Shown here piece after piece: positions 23,005 to 37,500 of a DNA stretch of 64,000 nucleotides. Position numbers and translations under genes: made by a program. The notes under the pieces are model-generated. The model ran no database searches and was not told the origin of the DNA. It was given only the letters and a program-made list of their open reading frames with translations. This stretch comes from Antedon mediterranea (lineage: Eukaryota; Animalia; Echinodermata): assembly GCF_964355755.1 (NCBI RefSeq), contig NC_092670.1, positions 40,722,388 through 40,786,387 on the forward strand, given 5' to 3'. The first letter of the stretch is position 1; the number at the start of each line of letters is the position of its first letter.

Positions 23005-24215
23005 GATTGTAGCTGAAAACACTTATAGTAACAACAACATCCATTGTGAAATTGGTACGGTCTTTAACACATCCTTGTGACTGTGGAACATGTACTTTTC
23101 TGAGAAAAAAAATGTTCTAAATCGGTACATATCTGACATGTAGAAATTTAAAAAAAAAATTTTGTTGTTGTTGAAATATACTGTAATCTGTGAGAACGGT
23201 ATGCTATCTGTTGCACTGCAAAACAAATTGGATATCTACCTACCACTTTTCAAACTCTGAAGATTTATCATGATGACCAGACTTAATATTGACTAATTTA
23301 ATAGTTAGTAATAGATAAAACATTAACTGACCAAGTTTATTTCAAAACTAAACTCCACCCATTTTGTTATCAATTTGTTTTGTACTTGAGTCCATCAAGT
23401 AAAAATTGTGCATTTCTCGCATTAAGAGTCCATTATAATGGTTTTGTACAGCTCATATTATTCCTAGAAAAAAACAGCTCTTTTCTGATATCTTGGATTG
23501 GGACGGTATGTATTGCAGTGAATGAAAAAGGGCACCATTAGGATTTATTAATTTCTCTTTCCTCCTGTTGAGTTGATTCACAAAGTAGTCTAGGTTCCAG
23601 GCGGAGTTTTGACTTAACACTAGTAAAATGATCAATATTTTGGCAAATATGGCGTTTCATACGTAGGCCTACTACTTTGACTGGTGGACTACCATCTTGG
23701 GGCAAGTCTATTCACAAAGAAGAAATAAAAACACAAACTATGATCTAAATTAGCATTCAGTTTATTCTCTTGAATAACATTTGAAGCATAAATTGATATA
23801 GGTACATTTTTAAAGACATTTGTATTACTGTATTAGCAACTGTACAAGGAGTACCAGGCAGGTCCACATGATACAAACATTACTCATTTTAACAAAACAT
23901 ACATTATATTTAATATTTTTTTACATTAAATGTCTGCATAGATTCACATTTCACAACTTGTATAGCATTTTGTAACACCATATTATTTTGCCATACAATT
24001 GCGAATAAAGAACAAATATGGATTTTTTTTTATAAATATGAAATAAAGAATAAATAAATATCAAATAATAAGATTAAATACATTTTTTAAAGAATGTTTC
24101 AAACTAAGTTCTTACCTAGACAGCAGAAAGACACCAACTTAAATGTTACTAAGATTCTATATTTACAAAATTAATGGTTTCTCGTTTTATGTTTATTCGT
24201 TAATTAAAGCAATTA

Positions 24216-24523
24216 AAGATGTATTATCCCAAAAAAAAATGAAGAATAATAAAATACTTTTTTTCTAGTTTATATTCAGTTTTAATCAAGTAATTGACTG
24301 TAGGAAAAAAATAAAAATAATAATTTCACTTATAAAATTAAATGGAAAAAATTAATCAAAAACCATTGTCTGACAGACAATTTAACTTATAGTGCTTTTT
24401 GCTTTAAATTACAGTATTTTCTCATGGTAAATCATTTTTTTCCCAATCTGATTTTAAGTGAAACCTATTTTGTAAAATGGCATATTCAACAAAAAAAAAG
24501 AAAATAGAGGGGCCATTATATCT
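24216..24523. mobile_element. Older Kolobok-like non-autonomous element
   Basis: TTAA-AGATGTATTATCCC ... GGGCCATTATATCT-TTAA; degenerate relative of 32014-32552. Confidence 0.55.
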
Positions 24524-27500
24524 TTAACTCTTCCTTGGTTGTATCAAACAAAACAGTTAGTAAACCCGTAGCCAGCAGGGTTTGTAAGCTACGAAACAAA
24601 CCACTTTTAAGCTAATTTAAATACAGTGATAATAAATAGGCCTAACTCATGACAATTCTTTAGGCCAATCCTACCTATCCAGCAGGCAAATTTGAGACCT
24701 GAAATAAATCTTTTCTCCCCCATATTCTTTGCTTGTGCTCACACTTGCCTGTTTTTTGAAGGAAAAAAGAACCCCATGTAAAAATCCTGGCTATAGGCTT
24801 GAGTTGAGTGAAGGATTCCCTCAACAGTATCACCCATCCCAATGTTTATTACCAAGGAGAGAATGTAATACACTAATTAAATGAATACCCTTCTCCTTAA
24901 GAGTCACCTCTATAATTAGTAAAGGTGTGGGATAACGCTATCAAATACTAAAACACTGAAAAATACAATGAAAGACTATACAAGAATTATGATGATAATT
25001 TCTAAAACAAATCAAAATATTTGACACTAATACTACAAGTACTGTAAAACAAAACTAAAGTTTAAAATAATTACCATTTTCCCTAAAACAAATATAATAC
25101 TTAAATGTAGAGGTAGACACTGAAAATATGATTTTGAAGTTGAAACGTTTGCCAAAATAAGTCGAAGCCAATTGAAATATAATATATACAATTGTATGAT
25201 GCTTTACTTTAGGTAGAATATAATGTTTACTTAATTATTAAATATTGTTTAAATATTCATAATAAAAATGTTTTTTTATTATCAACAAACATTACTAAGT
25301 CATTTTAACAATTCACTTTTTCATATCTTAAAATGTCATACCAACTGCACATAGTCAGTAAATTGATATCGCAAACAATTGTATCAATATCTTGTTGAAT
25401 TACACCAATGTTTCCAATATAAAACAAGCAAGGCACAATAGGTAATTGTTTTTGTGGTGCCACATAACATACTCGACAATAAGACATTTCTTGTGAAGAA
25501 TATATTTGAATGATAAACATGCAGTAGATAGTTCTTCCGTTGAATCTGGACAGAATGATATAATTGTTAAACTTAGCAATGTTTTCTGTGGCATTTTCAG
25601 GACATATCCAGTAGATTATGTATTTTGTTGACGATGGACAACGCCTATTAGTTAATATTATTTGTTATCTTAGGCCTAATGGCCAGCTACTACATAGAGG
25701 CTAGGCCCACGTCACTACAAAAACAAATTAACAATCCCTTCCCACGTGTGCTCCGAACATGTGTGTTTGGCCTTTCACGCATCAGTGCACCTCATTAGAA
25801 TACTTATATCACGATGTTAAATTCTTTGTGAACGCTCTTCCTGTTAACGTGATATTCAATATCACGTTACGAAAGCACGATAAAATCTTATGTGAACGTG
25901 GCTATTATGCTTTGAATCCAGGAATTCTATCTAATGCCATCTAATCCCACCTGATCCCATCTAATCATAATCCCAGAGAATGCGGACAATTATCCCATGA
26001 CTGATCTAGGTATATGCTCTTCCAAGATTACCAGGTGTACTTGAGGGGTAAACGACCACATAGGATTTAAATTGATAAAGTTGTTTGACGTTTTCATTAT
26101 CATTAAATCTCTTTGATGCATTCATGTTAAATATGGTAGAGACCCTGTTATAATACTAAAGATAAAAGATTACAAAATGTGACCAATTTCAACCAATAAA
26201 TATCTCATGCATAAATATAATCAACAATTTATCGAAACATTCATAATAAACATCTATTTTGCCAAGAAAGTGTATCATTTGGCAGACTTAATTAAATAAG
26301 ATAAAATAGGCTATAAAAACAGTATATTATGCTATTAAAGTAATTGAAATATATTGCCATGTTTATACTATTACTTTGAAACAGAATTTGTGGAAATGAA
26401 AGACTATAAAATTATACATTAACAACTGCAACTTTTAAATAACATAGCAACTAAAATGTTATTGTTAGGAAATGAATATAATGAAGCAAATAATATTGTG
26501 AAAGCAGGGAAGAGACCAGGTTTGTGAAGTAGGTGTGCGCTGATAATAGACTTTTAGCTTTGGCGCCCGCAAGAGTTCAAGGGCACGCCTCCATTTGCAG
26601 CGATGATTTAACTATTTTACGATATGTTTATATTCTTACTATTACTCATAATTTGTTAAATAAGTGATTTTTAAAAGCTTATTTTTGTATGTCAAACCGT
26701 GGCCACCCTATTTCTACCCCGAAATGATAATATCCTAATATATTATGGCAATTTCACAAATAGAGAAGAGAAACAAAAACAAACATTACAAACTTAGCAT
26801 CAACTGTTAAAAATTACAAATATTTCAGCCAATCGGTGCATATTAACATTTGTTTATTAAGCAGTTTGCATTGGTTTACCTTAATTCCTTAAAAACGAAC
26901 GATAATGTAACTTGAAAGTGGAATATCTAAAGTTTGGTTAGTATTATGACATCATAAAAATAACCACAGCAATTATAGTAAATTGTACAAAAAAGATTTG
27001 CACAATCATAATTTCACCCCACCCTAAAAATTTGTATTCGAATAAATATGTGGATACCTTGATTTCTATTTCTTTTTGGAAACTTAATAGGGAGTTTTCG
27101 ATTTGCAGCGAACAACGACCTAACTAGGTCAATCATGTGTCATCGGTCATCTTGTGGATCAAGAAACCATCAAAACTGTGTCAAGGTGGGGAGCGCGAAG
27201 AGGTTCCAATATCCCCTGCATGCGCACATTGAATTAACACGACATATTTTGGTCGTCGGTCGCCACAAATCAAAAGCTCTCATATCCTTCATTGTAGGCA
27301 TACACTATGACCTCATAGGTTTGTATATAAATACCATTTATCAAAGTTGCACATAAGAACAATACCTACAAATGTTTAAGCATGTGAACACGTACTTGAG
27401 TACGGTAAAAAGGCACACATATTTGTCCATTTATGCAGGTGTATATTGGGTAATAACATGCTTGAAGGAACCCACCATAGACTAGTGAGGCCAAGCTAAA

Positions 27501-28512
27501 TTGTATTTGCTTACATCCAACAGTATTTACTTCACAAATTACATATTGATATTGATACCGTACTTAAGTACAAAATTAGGGCAGACTGGTATATTTTGAA
27601 ACCTTCTGTAGACCTAGAATGTATGCGTGCACAGAGTACCATAACAATCACAAGTGTAACAGTTCCCTATCAAAGGAAAACAGTATATTCTTTCTGAATG
27701 ATATTTATTCAAGTACTGCAATGCCAAGACCAAAACTTATATAGAGACATGCTTATAATCAAAATGTAAACATACCAACCAGACATCATATTAATATGTA
27801 AGCTGTTACTTAGCCACAATAAATGTGGCAAATCTGCTGAGATAATGTTAGATTTCAATCCAAAGCTTATTTGCTTCAATCGCTAAACTCTTAAAGTAAA
27901 CCAATTTATTAGTGATATCATTTGTGAATTGTAAACAAACCTGGATATTGCTCAACGAATTATTTCATATTGATTTTTGTTACAAAAACAAGCAGAATTA
28001 GGTCTGTTTATGATAAAAATCACCAGTCAGGAGAGTTTAAATCAATGTTGGGTTTATTTTTCATAAACAAAATGTATTTTCTGATAGTTTAATGCACACA
28101 CAATTGATTCAATTTACTCCCAAACACAACTTGAATATTTTGTGCAACCACATCATGGCTACCACTGAGTCTGAAAATGATCGAACCAAGTTTTGATGCT
28201 CATAAAGCAAGGCCGTAGCCACCAGTATAGTTAGTAAGGCTGCAACCTAACCACTTTTTGACAACAGAGGCCTTGACAACCCAATGGCTTGAACAGAGAT
28301 TGTCCTCTTTTCTTTCGAAAGCCGCACCACTTTATTTCTGGTGGCTACATCACTGTAAAGTAAACCATGATAGTAATGATAATAATCTGTTGTGAGGTAA
28401 TAAGGTGGTTCCATCTTCTAAGGCGCCTCTGTGTAATATACTGAATAAAAAAAAAAAATAAAAAAAAAAAAAACACTACCTAAATATTAGGCTTTTTGTA
28501 ATATTAGTCTGT

Positions 28513-31500
28513 TCAAATTCTTGTTTCTCTATCTTCCCCAGGAAGAAGTGCATCATCAGACTTGGATGATTCTGAATCTTCTTTGGACGGAGCAACAGAC
28601 ACGAGGGGAACATCAATCTGTGATGTTGGATTGTCATCCGTGCTTGATTCTGTGACCTCAAGCGTCGGATTAAAGGAACTGTTAAACGTGTAAGGCGGCG
28701 TTGGAGGCGGGAGTGTCGATAGCAACGATTGAGTGTTTGAAAGTTGTTGCAGAAGGTCAGATTCAACTGGGGTAATTATTGATGATGTACTCGAAGGGTC
28801 ATCTTGAATTTCTAATTTACTTGGTTTGTTATAAACATGTCCTCTTGTGTGTCGTTTAAATCCTTTAGGAGATCTTGGAGAAATATCAATTAAATCTTTT
28901 ACAACCTCGCCATTTTTGTTATTACTACTTCCTTCGCCTGCACCTCCACTGCTTTCACCTTCACCGCTCATTTCACAAATAGCACCTTCAACGCTACTAT
29001 CTGACCTTCGACCTTGCCTTTGATTATCATCCCTATATAGTTCAATCAACATGTCAAGTTTTCTGTCGACTAAGTTCATTTTCCTTTCAACACGCGTGAC
29101 TCTAGTGTTGAGGCTCATTGATGGGTCAAACACATCAATAGAGCCTAGTCTACCTTTTCTTCTTTCTTGAACAGGCTTGCCTAGAGTTTGGTCCAAGCTA
29201 AAAGACAAATTGTAAAATCGTTTATTATTTATATTTTCTTTTAAAATGAAGAAACAATAACTTATTTCTGCATGCTTATAATACGGGGGGTTTCCCTTGC
29301 CATACCATACCCATCTATATTATAGTTTGTCAAAAATAATATAAAAAATACTTTCTTTTATAGCTGGGAGAACCAACCCATTCGCAACCCCCCTTTAAAA
29401 ACTTGTCTAGTCAATAGTTACAGGTTTTAATGAAATTAAGTGTCAGTATCATTTATTCATTAAAGCTTGGTTTGCGACATGTTTATAAATTTCAATTTGA
29501 AACATAAAAAAACCGAGAGTATAGATAAAAAAATCAAAGTAATGGCTGAATTGGCTTTAGTGAGTTTGACATGATAGCCTAGTTTGTAAACGACCTTTTT
29601 ACGCTAATTCCAAAAAAAAACAAGGACACATGTTGGTAATGAAACTGCTGTATCTTATTACATGGGATCAAAAAGTAATAGAAACCTGCACAAAGTCTAC
29701 AAATCATATATACAAGTTTCTCATAAAAAATTGCCGTTAAATCGTGAAACTCGTACTTAGTAGATGACTAAATCTCAGCACTGATAAGGATTAATGGTAA
29801 AATATCGGCTAATTTTCTGCATTCTATTAAGAGTCTCACTCTAGGTAAAGGTTATACAAAATTTCAGAATTCACAAAAATTTAAGTGAAAATGCTTCAAG
29901 TATACATTTATTTAACTGAAATATATATTTTTTTAAATATTAATTAGGGAATATTATATTTTCAATACAGTATTTGTACAATTTCTAAAGTGGTTCAGTA
30001 ATTAATATATAAAAAAAGCCAAACATTGATAATAAAATTAAATGTAATGTTTTATTTATTCATTTTTAAAAAACATTAAATAAACAGATAATGGAAGTAT
30101 AGATCTCATTGCAGAGGGCAATAAAAAAACAATTTTTTAAATGGTCAATTAACTGCTGCCAAAAATGGTGTGGGGACGCACTTGGGGGTAGAAAGATTAG
30201 AGATACCACTATCACCGGGATTGCCGTGACCAAGCTTCCAAAACATCACTTAACAAAAAACAATTACACAAAAATTATTATTTAAAAAAAAAATTAAAGA
30301 TCTTACTTTGCTTGCAAGCTTTTTATTCTAGCTAACATGTCTGTGTGATCTTACTTTGCTTGCAAGCTTTTTATTCTAGCTAACATGTCTGTGTGATCTT
30401 ACTTTGCTTGCAAGCTTTTTATTCTAGCTAACATGTCTGTGTGATCTTACTTTGCTTGCAAGCTTTTTATTCTAGCTAACATGTCTGTGTGACCGGCAGA
30501 GTACTGTTCAATAACGTCTTTCACGTCGTAAGGTCGCAAAGCTTCTTTAAATTTACGTCGGGCGACAAAGTACTTGATTTTGCGGATTGCACGTATTGCA
30601 TTTTTGTGTTTCTCTTCCAATTTTGTTATCTTTTCAGGCTCATCATGGTCATCTGTTAAAATATAAAGTTGAAATATTTATTATTATTATACAAATGACA
30701 GTACAGTATATCATACGTCATAGTTATAATGCTCTGTGTACACTATCAACTAGTTTGACAAAAAAGTGTGATGTGCCCATATATGGTAGTGATATGATGT
30801 CATCTTGTCCATATATGGTAGTGATATGATGTCATCTTGTCCATATATGGTAGTGATATGATGTCATCTTGTCCATATATGGTAGTGATATGATGTCATC
30901 TTGTCCATATATGGTAGTGATATGATGTCATCTTGTCCATATATGGTAGTGATATGATGTCATCTTGTCCATATATGGTAGTGATATGATGTCATCTTGT
31001 CCATATATGGTAGTGATATGATGTCATCTTGTCCATATATGGTAGTGATATGATGTCATCTTGTCCATATATGGTAGTGATATGATGTCATCTTGTCCAT
31101 ATATGGTAGTGATATGATGTCATCTTGTCCATATATGGTAGTGATATGATGTCATCTTGTCCATATATATGAAAACCACATTTTTTTGTCACACAAAGTT
31201 TGTCTGTTTGTAGACAGAGCTTTAGAGAGCTTAATTTGCAATGACCTAGGAATTTTATGATGTACGCATGCACGGATGTCATTAAATGCTTTCACACATA
31301 ATTCCTTGACACAGTTTTTGGCTAAAGGTCAATCCAAGCGACTTTGGGAACCAATAAAGTGTCCCCTTAATAGGGGTGTCTCCTGAATAATGGTGTCCCA
31401 CAAGAAAAGATAAATACGGTAAAATTGAATTTTCTTTTCATTCTATTCTTTAATAGATGGATAGTGAAACAAAGAAAAATGAAAATTCACTTTGATTGTA

Positions 31501-34500
31501 AAGTGACTGTAAAATACATGATTGATAATAAATGACCTCTAACCTCCGACTTTTGACCTCACAGAGTCTGTGCAGTGACTTAAGTTGCTGCCATTTGCCA
31601 TATATTTCTTTTCGTGATTTCCATTTGTATCGTCTGTCTCGTGAGAGCTTGGTAACTTTTTGCTCCCTCGCTCTCCACGATGTGGCATTGGACTGTTGTT
31701 GCCATGGTTACGTTTGATTGACAATCGAGATATGAGTGTGTTTGTCCTAAAACTGTAATATAGAAAGGGACATCACATATGAACATTCTGTTTTTACTGC
31801 CACCATTAAAATATACAGCAGAACTCGTATTAAAGAAACCCCTTTTAGGACACAACAAAGTGTCCCTAACAATGTGTTGCATAGCAACAGAAAGGTCAAA
31901 TTCAAATAATAAAATGGCCTCCAGCAAGACTCCTGATTTGATAATCAAAAACCTGTTTGCACCTCACTGATTAAAAAGCAAAATGTTATGCAAAAAATGT
32001 TATGTAAGCTTAAAGATGTATTGTCCCTTGAAACACAAAAAATGAAAAAAAAAAATTCTAAATTTAAACTGGCCATATCAAAGTAATATTAAAGTTATTC
32101 ACTTTAAGTCGAAAATTCGAGCCAAAAACAACAATTTTACGTAACAGGTAAATTAATTAGATTACATTTCGTCTGAGAAATCGTTGCAAGCGAAAGTAAA
32201 CAAAGATTTCAAACCATGAGTATGCATTATGCATGATGCTAATTAGGATTGTTTACAACTTGTCACGGTTGAGAAGGTGTTTTCACACAGATCGCGAGGA
32301 AGTTTTATGATTATGCATACAGAGTAGCCAAACAAGCGCGTTGCATTTATGAGATATGTTTTGATTGAAAACTTTGACTGGAAGTCAAAGTTATTTTTTG
32401 AACAAAAAAACATATGTATTTCGGTTAAATTATTTTTTTTTTCGACAAATTTTTGGTGAAAGTTAATAACTATTATGATACTTCAAAATGACCAACCTTT
32501 TCAAAATAAAAAAAAATTTTTTTTTGGAATTAGTCAAAGGGACAATACATCTTTAATAAGCAAAGATACTATAAATTTATCACTCATTAATTTTCAGTAT
32601 TTTCACTCAAAATGATCCATGTCAATATCAGCCTATAATCAATTTGCTAATTGAAACCGAATCCTTTAAAATTATCTTGTGTAGTGTATAGCTGCCAACA
32701 CATGCTTAGATCATTTTGTAGTAAAATACTCCAATTTTTAGGTGAGCTCTGTCAGTACACTAAAGCTTGGTTCTCATTTAGACACTAAGTAGTACGCGCA
32801 ACACAAGTGAATTGACCAATCACAAGTGACGATTCAGATGGCCCATCGCATTGTTTGGTTGTGGTTATGTCATTGCCTTGCGACCAAGCTGGAACCAAGC
32901 TTTATGTATTGAGTAAATTTATAAGTTGCCCAATGAAATTTGTTTGCCCAAAGAAATTATTAGTTGCCCGATGACATCATAAGTGGTCCAAATGACATAT
33001 TGAATAGCCCAATGACTTTATTAATCATAGTTTATCAAGCTACTTGCACTAATATATGTAGAGTGTTTTTTTTAAATTCAAAATTAGTTTTTATCTACGA
33101 TATTTGTTGAAAAAAATATAAATGTATTGAAAATTATTCTTCAACAATAAAGAAGCGAATACTGTTTGCCATTTAAAAGCGAGACTAGTTGACACAATTG
33201 CCGACACACTAAGCCGCCTTATAATAACCATTAAGATCATAACATTCACTTACAAAATTGGTTTGTGATTAAAATAAAACAGAATCACAATCCATGTAAA
33301 AAGCATTAGCAACACAGCATTATTCATGAAAATATAATTGATTAAACTACGAGATTTAAGTCCCAAGAACATTCACAAAAAACAACTGATAAAAACGTCA
33401 AAACGCATAATGCAATATTCCTTTCAATCGACAATAATTTTTTTTAATTATAGGAAAATTTGAGGAAATAGAAAAGCATTTCCAAAGAATATAATATTTA
33501 ATTATAGGCCCAGTTTCCCTACCCACACTTGGCATAATGTCAATTGGGTCAAGGGTTATCGGCACAGACCCAGTTGCCCTACCCCTACCCCCAAATAACA
33601 CCTGGTTTGTTCTTGATAAAGCCTAATTGTTTTGTTGCCATATTAAAATAGTACGCACTATTGCATGCCATTTGACCGACAATCGTCCAATCAAATCACA
33701 GGAATTTATTTAGGGGTTATATAATAAACTATATTTAGCCACAAACGCACACTAACTAATCAAATAATAAAATCTTTATTCTACATTACCCATGGTGATG
33801 ATAATGATGCCTAAAAATAATACCAGTTTAATACAATTAATAAATAAATAAAAAATAAATATAATTAATAAATTAACTAACTAAAATTGCAATTATGCAT
33901 TGCATATTCTATGATGGTTTAGTAGCGAAAAAAATCATTAAAAAAAATTAAAATTTGAAGATAAATTTGTGAATAAAACCTCACAATCAATGTGTGAAAC
34001 TGCAAACAAAGAAACAAAAATTCTTTGTAAAAAAATAAAAGTATATTTGCAATACATCTTATTGAATTATCATAGTTTGAAACGGTAATAAACTGACTGT
34101 AGTCTGAGGCTGAACACAACCTGTCTACATAAACGTATTAAAACTAGTCGTCATAAAAAATGAGCTGTAAAAATGATAATAAAATGTAATGTAGTTGAAC
34201 AGATCTGCCACGTATCTTACTGCAGTAGATTTGAATTATGCTGTCAATGTATGGTAATGTGATACATGAAAAGTTGTGGCAATTATGTCACTGATTAGCC
34301 ATGAGGTAAACAACATGGTGATTATGACATCATGATTAATCATACTGATATGATATTGCATTAAATTTAGAGATAAGTAGGGGATGGGATTATATTTGGG
34401 TTCCAACAATGTATGGTAATGTGATACATGAAAAGTTGTGAAAATTATGTCACTGCCATGAGGTAAAAAACATGGTGATTATGACATCATGATTGATCAT

Positions 34501-37500
34501 ACTGATATGATATTGCATTAAATTTAGAGATAAGTAGGGGATGGGATTATATTTGGGTTCCAACAATGTATGGTAATGTGATACATGAAAAGTTGTGAAA
34601 ATTATGTCACTGCCATGAGGTAAAAAACATGGTGATTATGACATCATGATTGATCATACTGATATGATATTGCATTAAATTTAGAGATAAGTAGGGGATG
34701 GGATTATATTTGGGTTCCAACAATGTATGGTAATGTGATACATGAAAAGTTGTGAAAATTATGTCACTGATTAGCCATGAGGTAGAAAACATGGTGATTA
34801 TGACATCATGATTGATCATACTGATATGATATTGCATTAAATTTAGAGATAAGTAGGGGATGGGATTATATTTGGGTTCCACCAATGTATGGTAATGTGA
34901 TACATGAAAATTTGTGGCAATTATGTCACTGATTAACCATGAGGTAAAAAACATGGTGATTTTGACATCATGATTAATAATACTGATCTTGCATTAAATT
35001 TGGAGATTAGTAGGGATTATTTAAGATGGGATTATATTTGGGTTGCATTACAATGGATTTATTAAAGTATTGTGTATGAATTTAGCCTGAATGAAGATTT
35101 GTTCCCACTTGGATGCAACAAAAGAATGTAAGCGCAACACGAGTAATTTGACCAATCACAAGCGATAGATTATCTGAATAATTCTCAAATGCGATTGGTA
35201 AGCTCCTCAGTTGCGTTGTACCTCTACGCCATTGCATTGCATACAGTTTGAACCAAGAGGGGCTAGTATTTAAACTTGGTTATTTTTTTATTATATTACA
35301 CCAGCAACCAAAGACTACTCAGTCTCTTAAATTTATATATACAGTAATAATAAAAGATTATAATTATGAATAATTTATAAAGATTAATATTTAATTTTCA
35401 AGTTATCTACAAAATGAAGGAAATTATTATATCAATAATTGCAAATACCATGCTATTTAGCTAGATGCTTTATTTATGTTAAATAAGCTGTAATGGAAAA
35501 TGAAAAAAAAAACAAGGTTAAATATGAGTTTAGTAAAGTTATCCATGACACCACAAAGAAAGGCACACCCAGGGGAGGATTCAGGGGGGGGGGGGCAGCC
35601 AGCCTGGGCCCTCTCTAAATTTCACAAATTGTAATGCAAAAGATAGGACATTAATTAAATTAATTTCACTACTTTTAGGCTCTAGGCTTTGAGCACGGTT
35701 GGGGCTTGCGCCAGTTTGGTGTACTCACAAGGTGGGTGTACATGTATGCAGCCCTATCTGCTAATCATTGTATGCACTAGCGTGGCGTGTTTCCACAGAA
35801 GACCTTTGGCATAATTTGCTTTGTTGCATTCTCCTTTGAAATTAACTCCCACCTTTTGTCAAACATTCACCCAATTTTGATTCATTTAATCTATTTATTT
35901 TTCAGGATACGCCTCCTTTGATAATTTTTGGCACAATATAAATGTTTGATTATTATCACTTGTGTATGCACCAAGTTGGCATATTCACAAGATTGGTGCC
36001 AATGTGTTTACATTCAAATTTTAGGATACATCTTTTTTTTTTATTGCCGCAATATAAATTTTGATTATCATTATGTACCAAGTTACTTTGGCATACTTAC
36101 AAGAATGATATCAAAATATGGGTTTAGATTTATCTACTTTATATGCACTAGGGTGTGGCGTATGAATACATAATTGTTAAAAGCCATGTTGTTTACATGT
36201 CATGTGTTTGGGAAGGGAATCATTGCACGCAACAGGTTGTCATACAAACACATGTTTAGTCCTATCTTCTCATTGCACGCGACAGGCTGTGTTAAATCAG
36301 GGTGCATACATGCGTGTCTCTTTGTGGTGCCACGGACGAGGTATGAATAAAGAAAGTTGTTATGATTACATGCAATACTACCATGCATCTATGTATAACA
36401 TTATTACAATATTGGGGGTCATGCTGGTAGGGGAGGGGGTGTTGATGCAAGGGGCTACAACCTACCGCGGACGTTTGGCATTCTCTGGCGAAGACTTGGC
36501 CTGTACATTGTCTTTGTGCTTCCTATATGATAAACAAGGGGTGTGAAATGAGGACAAACAGTCCAACAGACAACATCACAACATCATGCAATGTAAACTC
36601 ACATTATGACTACATTACAATGTTCAACATGCATTATTCTACCTTTATATCATTAAAACATTCAGGCTAAGTATAAACGAGGTTATACTTAGTCTTAAGA
36701 ATTCAGATACATAATGAATGTTCTATCTAAGAGAAGTAATGTAACATATCAGGTATCAAAATCCAATCATTGTTATAGGAGATACTAAAATGAGATGCTA
36801 CAACATATTAGAACAAATCATGAGTAAGAGTTTGAAGAGAAATTAAAGAGGAGTAGAATGAGAGTAATTCAAATATAGAAAGGCCTCATTTTCGAGTAGA
36901 ACACAATAAAAATGAAAAAAAAAAATTATTTTATAAATTAGATTTTGAATGAGTTTCCCTAAATTGTAATCTTTGTTTGAACATCTTCGGATACCAAAAT
37001 GTTGAAAGGTTCCATTATACTATTTGGTGTAAAACCTAAATCTTTTGAAACTGATTATCAATAACACTTTTGTTTTCATATAAAGTTGGGAAGACACTTC
37101 TAAAGATAAACAACCTATCTTGATACAGTTTCATATAAAAAAGATTCTATAATTATAACTTATGTTTGATGTTGCAATTTGTTGTACTGTATTATTGTCC
37201 TAATGTAATCAAATCTTCTTCATTTTTTAATTGCCCTATAAGGAATAAATAAATATATGTTGGTTGAAAACCAGGTGTAATGTAGTGAGGGTGTGTGGGC
37301 AGTGTGTTGTAAGATTGTGATTTCAAATCCAATGTGACTTGTATCTCCTAAGGCAAGACACTTTTTACTTACGTTTTCCTTTCTGATTACTAGCTGCATT
37401 ATGGGAGTATGTTGTCATACGTTTTTTATCCAAAAATGACCGGCGTAATAATATATGTATTTAGAGGTTTCACAACAATAGGTGCTTTATAAATCAAGGA

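Noticed and set aside
23005-28512. Additional gene between MRPS28 and the KCNQ stop
   Set aside because: No credible exons found; probably 3' UTRs plus degenerate repeats.
28940-28975. GEGES resembling the KCNQ2/3 ankyrin-G motif (IAEGESD)
   Set aside because: Lies in a Gly/Ser/Glu low-complexity tract and lacks the flanking PYIA and DTD residues.
34607-34954. Short ORFs with repeated peptides (also 45462-46013, 54155-54427, 31088-31282)
   Set aside because: Translations of minisatellites or MITEs.
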